Source: Lama glama (taxonomy: Eukaryota). Taken from it: a DNA stretch of 64,000 bases. The notes under the pieces are model-generated. The model saw only the letters and a program-made list of their open reading frames with translations. It did not search any database and had not been told where the DNA came from. The stretch lies in contig CM052832.1 of NCBI GenBank assembly GCA_028534125.1, forward strand, positions 23,438,001 through 23,502,000. Direction: 5' to 3'. The stretch's first letter is position 1, and every line of letters starts with the position of its first letter. The position numbers were made by a program, and so were the translations under genes. Shown here piece after piece: positions 36,571 to 47,260 of this stretch.

Positions 36571-36991
36571 GGAATATAGGGAACCACAGTCCAGGGTAAG
36601 TGGACAGAAGATGCTTGGATAAAGATAGTTATTTAAGACAGATGGTCAGGAAAGGTGTTTCCAAGTTGCCCTTTGAGCTTTGACATGAATGAGAGGAAGA
36701 ATCTTCCAGACAGAGGCTATGATGAAGGCCGTGGGTCGAGAACCAACCTAGAATGTTCTGGAATAGAAGGAAGGCCAGTGTGGCTGAGCTGAGGGTGACG
36801 GGGGAGGGTGCTCAGAGGTAAGGCTGGGAAGCAGGCAGTGTCCAGGTGGTGATGGCCCCACGGACTCTGGTAAGGAGTTTAGATGAATTCCAGGTGTGGG
36901 GGAAGCTCTGGCTGTGTTGGGGGCAGGGCAGGGAAGGGGTTGAACATAGGAGTGACACAATGTAAGGAAGATTTTAAAAACATTAACCTGC

Positions 36992-37110
36992 GGGGAGGGT
37001 ATAGGTCAAGTAGTAGAGTGCATGCTTAGCATGCATGAGGTCTTGGGTTCAATCCCCCAGTACCTCCTCTAAATAAGTAAAACTAATTACTTTCCCCAAC
37101 AACAAAAAAA
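36992..37110 (+). mobile_element. Camelid tRNA-Ala-derived SINE (long form), no TSD found
   Basis: GGGGAGGGTATAGGTCAAGTAGTAGAGTGCATGCTTAGCATGCATGAGGTCTTGGGTTCAATCCCCCAGTACCTCC..aactaattactttcccc plus A-tail. Confidence 0.9.
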
Positions 37111-39449
37111 TACTGTGGACACTAATGTCACTGCTCCTCTCAAGGTGGCCTTCACTTCCCAACTCCTTCCATCTTCCGACTGTACTCCCCTTCAGTGTGA
37201 CCAGATCTCCGCTGGTTCTAACCTAGGTGACTCTCCCTGAGGTTCTCCCCCCACCCATAAAAGGTCCCAAACTCTCCTCAAGTTATCCTAATTTAAGCGG
37301 GCCCTCTGTTTCATCTTTGGGATACCCTGATTGATGCAGAATTAGACTATAACCCATGCCGTTCTGCTCAGAACCCTTCCCTCTTCCAACGACTAAGGCT
37401 TTGTGTCTAATTTCTTCTCTATGGAGAATGAATCCTGTCCTTGGAGGCTCTTCAGCTCCATCTCCAAATCCACATCCCTCAGGTTGGTCCAGATAGGTTT
37501 TTAGAAAACAGTCTGATTGTGCCTGCATCCTAGAAGTGGCCAGAATAAGCCTGTGACTTAAGCTGAAATCCCACTATAGAAAAATCTGTGAAGTCCACCG
37601 ACATGTGAAGTGGGTCACAAGGAAGCATTCTTCCTTAGCTGCATCCTTCTGCACAACTCGTCCTAAGACACAACTGCATCCACAGGGAAAAGGGCTCTAT
37701 GTGAGATCCTCTTGCTACTGTGTTACCCACAAATGAAATATAAACTCCTGATTGGATTTATGCAATTTAGTTTTACTTTTCCACTAATGTAAATGAAAAT
37801 CTGTACATTTAACTTATATATTTAAAAAAAATCAACCAACACTAAAGATAGCATTACAGTTCATTTACATGGGTAAGAACAATTTTTGTTACAAATTATC
37901 CCACCCAAAATGCTAAAAAAAAAAGAAATCCTCTGATTTTCCTTTTTTTTTAATCTAGTGCATTTTGGGATTAATGTAAGTGAAACATTTTACATTATTT
38001 TAACCTTCTGATTTCTTTATCATGGTCATGCTTCTATGTTCAATGCCATCACTGTGTCTGATCATGAATTATCGACGAAGTTCATTGAAAAACCTAATTT
38101 GCTTTGCACTAGGTTTGCAAATGACCTATTTTAGGTTCATTATTATTTCCATCTGCATAATGCATCTATTTGTTTTGTGAGAAATTACCTGTTTTTAGTA
38201 TTAGAGCTTTCCTTTGGAAGCTTTTTATTTGTATTTATTTTTATTTTTAGAGCACTTTATTATGAAATATTCTTAAACATTATAAGTTAAGAGAATGTTA
38301 TAATAAACTCCAACATAACAAATCACCTATCTTAACTGGCATTTAGCCACTTTGACGTCATCTGTGGTACAAATTTGATAAAGTATTTAAAACAAATCCC
38401 AGATATCACATTTGCCTTTAATGACTTCAGTGTGCATCTTTTTAAAAATGACATAACCAAAATACTATTATCACTTCACAAAACTAACCATTTTTAAACA
38501 AATTTTACTTAATTATCATCTAATATCCAATCAATATTGAAATTTCTCTGGCCCCCAAATACACTGGATTTGATTGTTTTGTATTAAAGACTCTTACAGG
38601 AAAATGTATGGTTACTCTTCTCTCTCTTCGTCAAATATATGAAGATATTTGACCTTTTATAATAATGATTTCACAGACTGTGGAGGCAATAAATACACAT
38701 GTAACTAAAGCCTTTTTAAGGTCAATAGACGCTTGAACTTAGTTTAGCTCTTGCGGAGAAAGCAGTCACATAACCAGCGAGGGTCTTGATAGCCTTACAG
38801 TCTATTTTTGGAAACCCATCTGTCCTCCGCCACTACAGTGCATTTACTCCCTCCGCAAAAATGTGGGGTTTTCTTGTTCAAAAGGGAACAGTCATTTTTA
38901 GAGCCGTATTTCTTCCACTCGTCTCAGAATTTTGGTAAAGTCTTTAGGAAATGCTTTCTAAAATTACAAACCTGTACCTGCAGCGCTACCTGGAAAGCAG
39001 AGCCAGTGGCTCGGAAAAGAAACCACCCGTCAGGGAGCGCCTCACGCGGAAACCTGAGCTCCTCCTGGCTCCCACGAAGGCACTTGGCCTGGAGAAAGAT
39101 TTTGCAGGTTTTTCTTTTCCTTCTATCTTAAAGATCTTCTGGGAAACAACTCCAATCCCTGCCAGCAGAGATCTGTAGAAGCGTTTAAGGAGGCCCTCGG
39201 ATCTAGGAATCATAGTTCCAAGGAGTGGAAGCATATCCTGAATCTTTTAGTGAAGGAAAAGGGTTTTTTCACTTCCCCGGGAGGGCAATATTATTTTCTT
39301 TACAGCTGAATATTATTACAGTGAATATTATTTCATTTACAGCTGCCTTTAACTGACTCCAAACAAGATTAGTTTGCGACTTTCCCATGGAATTTTTATT
39401 AATTATCTGACTTGATATTAACTTAACTAAAAGGAAACTGTTGCTTTAA

Positions 39450-39469
39450 ATATATATATATATATATAT
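39450..39469 (+). repeat. (AT)n microsatellite
   Basis: Direct reading of the sequence. Confidence 0.9.
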
Positions 39470-39987
39470 CTCTCATTGATATATCATTGCTTATTCATTG
39501 ACAAGAGCATTCTCCAGGCTGAACACTGTTACTAATGACCCATCATAACCCATTTTATATTCTGTTTCCTATAGTATTTTGTGACTTTTATGGAAGCTAC
39601 GTACTGCATTAAATTGTAAAGTGTAATAGTAACACTATTACTTATATTGCCTATCTTATTTTTTTTGTGCCAGACAAATAGAGGTGAATCAGGGAAAATC
39701 CATTATTCTTCTTAGGAAAATCATTCACATGTGTGTTTCAATTTGTGTGTGCATTCAAATCCCAAGGCCACCCTTTCCCAGGTATTTGACCTTAAACAGA
39801 TTATCTCAATTTTCTCTTTATTTTTTACCTATCATGTGAAGGATAATAATAATAGCATGTGCCCCCTAGGGTACTGTGAGAATTAAATTATAAAACTGTG
39901 CTTGGGAAATAGTCAATGTTTAAGAAATATTCACTACTGTGAACTATTGCAAGATTGAAATATTATTATGGTAGATGGTTTGGAGCT

Positions 39988-40865
39988 GTTCTCCAAAGGA
40001 AAAAAACTCAGTGTCTTCTGTCTACTCCCTCCTCACTGAAAACATCTGTACTCCAAGTATGTGGGGTTTTTTTTTCCCCCTCACCAAGCAGTTCTCCAAT
40101 TTTCAGGAGACACCAACTGGCCATCCTACAATTTAACTCAATTCAAACACTATCCACCTGGAGATAACAAGATACCACAGGTTAAGGGCTCAGTCCCACA
40201 AGACTGCCCCCCTTCCCACTTCAGACACCAACAGCAAGTCAGGTCATCCTGCATGGTCCTGTGACTCCCTCCTCTGTTCGATAATTTGCTAGAACAGCTC
40301 ACAGAACTTAGAAAACAGTTTACTTATTATATTCCTGGTTGATTATAAAAGGGTACAACTCAGGAACAGCGGGATGGAAGAGACACACAGGCAAGGTGTA
40401 TGGGAAATGGCACGCAGCTTTCTGCAGGTACATCACTCTCCCAGCACCTCCATGTGTTCACCAACCTGGAGGTGTCCCCAACTCCATCCCTTTTTTTTCT
40501 TTTTTTAAGTGGAGGCTTCATTGTGTTGGCATGGTTGATTAAACCATTGATCATTGGTGTTTGATTCAATCTCAAGCCCCTCTCCTCTCCCCTGAGGTAA
40601 GGGTGGGGGTAGGGTGGGTGAGCTTTCAGTTCCAACCTCCTAATCACGTGGTTAGTTTCCCTGGCAACCAGACTTCATCCTGTGGTTATCTTTCCCAAAA
40701 TCACCTCCTTTCCTCTTTAATGCTCTGGAGCTATTTCAGGAATGAAGGATAAAAAACCAAATATTATCATGAATGATGCTCCCAGGCTCTAATCACTTAG
40801 GTAATTATAAGAGTTTTAGGAAGAGTGAGCCAGGAACCACAATGAACAGCAAAATATGTATTTCT
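39988..40865. mobile_element. ERV LTR (MER21-like)
   Basis: caccaactgg..cctacaatttaactcaattc, ggttaagggctcagtcccacaagactgcccc, aatttgctagaacagctcacagaact, atcacttaggtaattataagagttttagg. Confidence 0.75.
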
Positions 40866-41149
40866 GTTTTAAAAAAATCATTTGGCATCTTTCATTTGAT
40901 AGAAAATGATAACACAAAAGGTGCATTGGAATGGCCATACTTTTATGTTGATGGCAATACATTTTTATACATCTCTTTTTGGAAGCAATTTGTCACAGGT
41001 ATAAATACATTCTTATCTGGTAATCAACATTCTGGGACTCTTTCCTGGGTTTAATAATCTGAAATGCAGGAGACAGTGCATGAATGGAGGTGTTCATTTA
41101 TGTGTGTGTTTTTTAAGTGTAAAGTTGGGTGCATATACATTCCTTATTA

Positions 41150-41520
41150 TATGACAACATCACACCCTCCTTAGGGGAGAAGTACTCTTCCCTGCCCCAT
41201 CAGGTTAGGCTTGACCATGTGATTTGCTTTGTCCAATGAAAATTGAGAAGTGATAGGTACCATCTCTGAGCAAAAGCTTGAAGAGCCATTGTGTGGTCTG
41301 CCATCTTTTCCTTTCCTTCTGCCTCAAAACTGGCATCGTCCCAGCTAGGGGCTGTTTCATCGGCCAGAGACTCAAAGTGACCATGGTAAGAGCAGAGTCA
41401 TAACCAGGCTGTGATGGACAAGTCACATGAGGGAGGTAGAAAGCCTTGTTTTTGTAAGCCAGTGAGATTTGGAGGATGTTGGGTCACCATGGCATAACTT
41501 AGTCTAGGCTGATGGAGACA
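41150..41520. mobile_element. MaLR LTR relic (MLT1H/I/J-like)
   Basis: ggcttgaccatgtgatttgctttgtccaatgaaa..gtaagccagtgagatttggagg..catggcataacttagtctaggctga. Confidence 0.7.
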
Positions 41521-43683
41521 GTTGTTAGAGTAGGTTTATAGAAAGCCTCTTAAGTATTTGCCTGCTCCATCATTACTCTTTGATCCATTAAAGACTTAAA
41601 TCATTAGCAGTTTTTGCATCAGCCTGGCAGCCCCCTTCTGGCTGAGTGAGCTTGAAATCGGATGATTCCAGAGTCCCTGGGATGTTTGTTATTAGGTGTC
41701 TGCCAGTTCTTCAGAACCCATGGGATTTCCGGTTTCTAACATAAAGCCCTATTAGCAAGCTCTTGGTAGAGAAGTGCACACATGTAAAATGCACAGACTG
41801 GGGAGCATCTAGTGACTGGGGGGTACAGCAGCAGTATTAATTGGTTACTCTGGTCTTTGGGGGATTGTAGAGATGGTTGAAAAGAACGTCCAGGCTAGGC
41901 TGTGCTATCAGGGAAGCCCCACCAGCCCGTCCGTCTCCCAGGACCACTCCCGGGACCACTCCGGGCTCTTCTCTGTCTAGGCCAGCTCTCCGATGAGCCC
42001 TCACTGCTATGCAGCTGGGGGCCCATGACCCCAACAAGCTGCCTCACTGCTCCCTGGGCTTCTACTTCCTCAGGCTGACTCCAGAGTGGGACACTGTCTA
42101 GCTCCCAGAATTCCCCTAGCTGCCGCTGGAAAAAAGCACGTCCGTCCCTTTATTAGCATTTTTTTTTAACTGCTTACTTCAATTAGAGAGAAGAAGAAAA
42201 CCAAGCCTGAGTGCATTAGAAAGTTTCAGATTCTTCTTAAGAAATCCAATCAGTTAAAATCCTTGGTCTCCAGTCTATGGCTACTTCTTAGATGGATAAC
42301 TCCTTGGATTTCTGCTTGCCAAATGTCTGAGATTCGGGTTCCCACAAGCTCCCCTCCCACCCTTTGGGAACTTCTTTCTTTGGAAGGGCCCTGGGAAGGC
42401 CCCCACTCCACCCCTTCATAGCAGGTCAGCCTGAAGAACCAGTCGTGGCAGGACAACAGGTTCCCTTTGTGGCCTGGAGAGGGTAATCTGCACATCTGAG
42501 GGGCTACCACAGGCGCGTGGCAGAGCTGGGATTTGAACCCGGATTGCATGACCCCAAAGTGCACGCTTTCACTCCTCGCACCGTGCTGCCGGTCACTCTT
42601 CGCGGTGCCCACCGTCTGTGTGTCCAGCTCTACGCACTCCCCTGCTGAACGGACTTGCGGATGAAGAGCACTGTCGGCAATATTTTGCGTCATTTGTTGA
42701 CGTTCTTCACGCTGATAAAATACCATCGCTACTGTTCTTTGAGCTTTTTGTCTTCTCAGTCACACTGGCACTTTTTCCAGCTTAATTCTATCCTCACTGT
42801 AGACATAATCTAGCAGCAGGAATGGAGTTCAGCCTTGCTAGAGCCTAGCAGGAGAACCTGGAAGGTTTTCAGAAACTTTCAGAAACCAAACCCAAACAGC
42901 TCTCACTTCCTTAAGTGTCCTGCGCAGCGGCTTCTTAATTCTACTTCAGAGCAGGGTTCTGGGCCTCCCTGTGACTGTGAAGAATACAGCCCCTCCCCAG
43001 CCCTCCGGTTGACCTCAGGGAGGTGCCAGCTTCCACTCACAGTGCTGTGAGTGCAAATTCTGCAGGTAATAACTCATTCTATCCTCTTAACAACCCTATG
43101 CAGTGGGTCCTTCTATCATCAGTCACCAGCATCCTATTTCACAAATAAGTAAATTGAGGCTCAGAATAGTTAATACAAATTATTTTTTGCTCAGAAAGGG
43201 AAGGTTCAGGGATTCAAACCAGAGAGTTTGATTCCAAGGGTCTCACCCTCAGTCACCACCCTCTGAATCCCAAGCCCAGATTTCCAGGGGGAAGAATCTG
43301 AGAGATTCAGCTTGTGGCAGGACCCTTGGGGTCCACTGGCTATACCAGGAATGTGGGGTTATGGTATATGTATATGGTAGCTGAGGCCCGGGAGCCCAAG
43401 GGTAGGAGTTGGTGGGGAGAGAAAACAGTAGTTCTCAGAAAAAGTGGAACATTGTATGTTGCGCATTCACTCAAAAAATGTGTCTTCTGTGTCCTGTGGG
43501 GTCGGAGTTCAGAGTCCCCGTTTACTCAGGAACCAGCTGGAGACTGGGGGTGGGGTGGGGCAAGAGGGTTAAAAACTTATTCCAGGCTACATGTGATTCA
43601 AGATTCAAATACAGCCCATCAGATTCCTGTATTATAAAATTCTTTCAGAGAAGGATGGCCAGGATAAGTGAGAGAACGCATGA

Positions 43684-44195
43684 TGTGACAAATTGTGTTT
43701 TCCAAAAAGGGCTGCAACAAATATCTCTCACCCAACATGATCTTCTTAAAAGATTAACTCTGACATTTCCCCCATTGAGATGAAGGGACTACAGTCCTCC
43801 CCTGGGATTCGGGAGGGCTTGTGAGACTACAGCAGGAGTGACACTACAGGACTTCTCAGGTAAGGTCATAAAAGCCAACAGAGCGTCCACAAGTACTCTG
43901 GAAATGCTCACTCTAGGAACCTAGCCACGATGCAGTAAGGAAGCTCAAAGCCACCTGCGCAGAAGGATCCCAGGAGCAATCTTGAAACTGCCTAGAGGAA
44001 AAGAAATGCCTGTCCTGCTCCAGCTGTTCCCCTCTGCCCTGTGCCCCACAGGTCCAGCTCCGGCTACCATCTGCCTGCAATCTCATGACAGAGCCAGAGC
44101 CAGAGCCAGAATTGCCCAGATGAGCCTTTCTCAAATTGTTTTAAGCTGCTAATTTGGGGGAGGATGTGTTATACAACCACAGGAACTGGGACAGC
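43684..44195. mobile_element. MaLR LTR relic (MLT1E-H-like)
   Basis: aggtaaggtcataaaag..ctcactctaggaacctagccacgatgcagtaaggaagctc..ttgttttaagctgctaatttgggg..ttatacaacca. Confidence 0.7.
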
Positions 44196-44749
44196 ATATT
44201 CTGCGGAACAGAGGTCTTCAGGAGAGCGGGAGAGCCATCCTCCAGTGTCTGAAGGGCTGTCATGCACAAGAGGAGTTTGACTCAGCGTGGGGAAGTTCTG
44301 AGACGCAGCGCTGATATCGACGGTTGGAATTCACAGGGAGGAAAATCTGATTCCTCAAGGAGCTCTTCTCCAGCCGTAGAACTTGAGAACAGAGTCCCCT
44401 GTGGTGAGCGCTCTGCCAGCAAACATACTCAAGCAGAGGGATGACCACTTCGGGGGAGGTTGTAGAAGGGTCCAGAAGACCCCCAAAGGACTTTCCCACT
44501 CTAAAAAGATGTAATTTCAAATCAGTTAAGGCAAACACGGTCTCGAAGAAGAGACTTTTAGCAAATCCCTTTATGAAGAGGGGAGGACTAATCTGGGCCT
44601 TTAAAGTTGGAGAGGTAGGGAAAGGTGCAAAGCAGAAAGACCACTTAGCAAAAAGACCAAGTAAACTGTTTATTTAACCAGCAACACCAAATTAATGATA
44701 GCCCTCTCACCTTAGGACCTTTTCTTATCTATTTATGGTGTGTTATGGG

Positions 44750-45465
44750 CCAGCATCCTCCCAGACCCTGTTCTCCATCCCTTGCAACCTTCCATTCTCA
44801 CATCCCGGTGGCTGCTAAGTCCTCTCACTCTTCTGTCCACAGTAAGTCCTGCCTCTGCTCTTTGGGTTCCATCTGCATGGCCATTGGCTTTGTTCTGGCC
44901 ATCATCGCCTCTTATCAAGAAGACTGCAGTAGCCTTCTGGATGGTCATTTATGAGTCATTCCTCGGAAGGCTCTGAACACGTCAGTCCCCCAAACCAAAG
45001 CCTCCATTCAGTTCCCATTGCCTTTAGAATAAAGTTCAAATTTCTTAGGCATTCAAGGCTTTCATGATCTGACAGAGAATTGGGGGAAGAGAGTGTGAAA
45101 AAAGAAGAGTGGAAGCGGGAGAGTCAAGCCCAGAATTGGGCACCTGTTGGAGACAGAAATGCCATCTGCCACACTGTCTAGCATCGTACCTGGCTCTGTG
45201 CTACTTTCCCCGTCACAGAGTGTGCGTCTGTGGGACAGGATGCACAACCTGATTCACGTTTTCGTGTGTCCTCCACAGCACCTTGCACACAGCTGGCCCC
45301 CAATACAACTTCCAATGAACTTATGGATGATTGAGTTTCCACATTTAAGCCAACTGTAAAGACTTCCCCAGACCTAAACTCGGGATTTTAGATTTTTGTA
45401 CGCTTCAAAATGCCTCGCACACAGTAAGCGCCCAATAAGCACTTGTTGAACGACACAGAATAAAT
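44750..45465. mobile_element. L2 relics
   Basis: ttcccattgcctttagaataaagttcaaa..gcattcaaggctttcatgatctg and tgcctcgcacacagtaagcgcccaataagcacttgttgaa. Confidence 0.65.
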
Positions 45466-46176
45466 GAGATTCACCCAGTTCCGCCCCGGCAGCGAGGTCG
45501 GCCTTCGGCAGGACGACAGAATCCACTGCCATTAAATTCTTATGTAAGAGTTAATGACCCTCCCAGCCTACTTGACATCTTTCCCGCAAGAGAAGTGCAA
45601 AGGCAGGGAAGGAAGCGAGAGCAGTATTTGCAAACACACACTTTCGGTGGTAGATGCACAGACTGATTTCTAGCCTCGGTTCACCACAAGGATGTGGAAA
45701 TACCGCCGCGCTCGGTGTGGGGCGGGCGAAGGGGGCGGCGTGCTGGCATTTCGGCTGAGGCGTATTTAATTCCGTGGGCAAGGCCTGCCCACCCGGCACG
45801 CCCAAGGGCTCTGGGTCTGGGGTTGACACCGGCCGCAGAAGGTGACTGCGGCTCAAGGCGGTGTCCGTGGGGTCCCCGCCGGCGCGGGTGCAGGCCGGCC
45901 CGGGGAGTCCAGGCGCCCCGCGCCGGGTGGCTGCGGTCCCGAGCTCCGCGCCGCTCGCTGTTCCCCACCGTCCCCGCCCCCGCCGCGCTCCGGTGGGCGC
46001 CGCGCTCGGCCGGCCCGGGCCTCCCGGAGCCGCCGGGGCGCGGGCGCCGCGAGGCGCGGAAGATGGCGGCGCGGCCGGGCCCGGGGCGGCCGCGAGGGCC
46101 CACGGCGCTCTGCGCTCGTCTGGGCCGGCGCGGCTAGAGCGGCGTCTGGGCCGGGGCTGCGCGGCCTCCTCCCCGC

Positions 46177-46200
46177 CCGCCGCCGCCGCCGCCGCCGCCG
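46177..46200 (+). repeat. (CCG)8 trinucleotide repeat upstream of the KIF13A ATG
   Basis: Direct reading of the sequence. Confidence 0.95.
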
Positions 46201-46414
46201 CGCCCCGCCCCGCGCGCCCGCCCGCACGCCCCTCCCCGGGCCGCGGCCGTGCCCCGCGTCGCGCTCCCCCGGGATGGCCCGCGCGCCTCGGCGCTGCCTC
46301 TCGGAGCACACGGCGGAGCGGCGGCGGCGGCCGCGCTCGGGGGGCGCCCGGCTGCGGCTGCGGCGGCGGCGCGGCCAGTGAGGGGCCGCCTCGGGCCGAG
46401 CGGGCGCCGCCAAC

Positions 46415-46469
46415 ATGTCGGATACCAAGGTAAAAGTTGCCGTCCGGGTCCGGCCCCTGAACCGACGAG
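46415..46469 (+). CDS. KIF13A: Kinesin-3 motor KIF13A, coding exon 1 (55 bp)
   Basis: gccaacATG Kozak context. Encodes MSDTKVKVAVRVRPLNRR(E), with a GTGAGG donor at 46470. Confidence 0.97.
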
Positions 46470-46724
46470 GTGAGGAGCTTTCCGCTCGTTTTCGTTTGTG
46501 GTCGGGCCGAGGGCGGGGGCAACTTTGGAAACTGCGGGGCCGCGGGGCTGGCGGGGCCCGAGCGAAGCCGGCGCCCGCACCGGCCGCGCGGACCCGGCGC
46601 GCCGGTTCCCGGCTCCCGGCTCCCGGCTCTGCCGCCTCCGGGGAGAGCCCGGCGCGGCGCGCCGAGGCGGGCTGCAGGCACGGATGCTGGACTTTGCAGC
46701 GTTCGTTTTCCCTTTTGCTTTCAG

Positions 46725-46815
46725 AACTGGAACTGAACACCAAGTGCGTGGTGGAGATGGAAGGGAATCAAACGGTCCTGCACCCTCCTCCTTCTAACAC
46801 CAAACAGGGAGAAAG
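46725..46815 (+). CDS. KIF13A: KIF13A coding exon 2 (91 bp); gene continues beyond the window
   Basis: ccttttgctttcAG acceptor. Encodes (E)LELNTKCVVEMEGNQTVLHPPPSNTKQGE(R), with a GTAAAG donor at 46816. Confidence 0.97.
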
Positions 46816-47129
46816 GTAAAGCGGGTACCGAGAGGGCGGGCAGGAGGATCCCGCCCCGGCGTCTCCTGCAAGTTTGAGCCAGGAAAATGGGAGTGCTCTT
46901 TCCTATTGTTAAGAGGACGGCTTCAAGTTTGTCGCACGCTCCTGTCTGAAGCTGTTGCAAGTCCAAGTTCCTCTCTCTCCTCCCTCTGTTTCCCCCCTCC
47001 TTGTCTCCTCCCCCCTTGTCCCCTCCCATCTAGAGCGGCATCAGGCAGGGCACCCCGGGCAGTGCCAGGACCAGTCCGCTGTGTCCCCGGCCGGCTTCGA
47101 GGCACTCGGAGAGTGAGGGTGGGACCAGA

Positions 47130-47260
47130 TGGGACCCTAGAAATGATTAATGCAACGCCCACATTTTACAGATGAGAAAACTGAGGCCTGAGGCGGGCAA
47201 GTGACCACCCCAAGGCTTGGTTCGTGGAACCCAGTGCCCTTGGTTCTTTCCACCACAGTA
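47130..47260. mobile_element. MIR relic
   Basis: cccacattttacagatgagaaaactgaggcctgag..aagtgaccaccccaagg. Confidence 0.7.

Larger units (their letters stand above)
45690..47110. promoter_or_regulatory. CpG island: KIF13A promoter, 5' UTR and exons 1-2
   Basis: Very high GC and CpG, several GC boxes, and a YY1 motif AAGATGGCGGC at 46060-46070. Confidence 0.93.

Noticed and set aside
45551..46743. Several 140-376 aa Arg/Ala/Pro/Gly-rich ORFs on both strands
   Set aside because: Expected from stop-codon scarcity in a CpG island. Only KIF13A exons 1-2 are recognisable.
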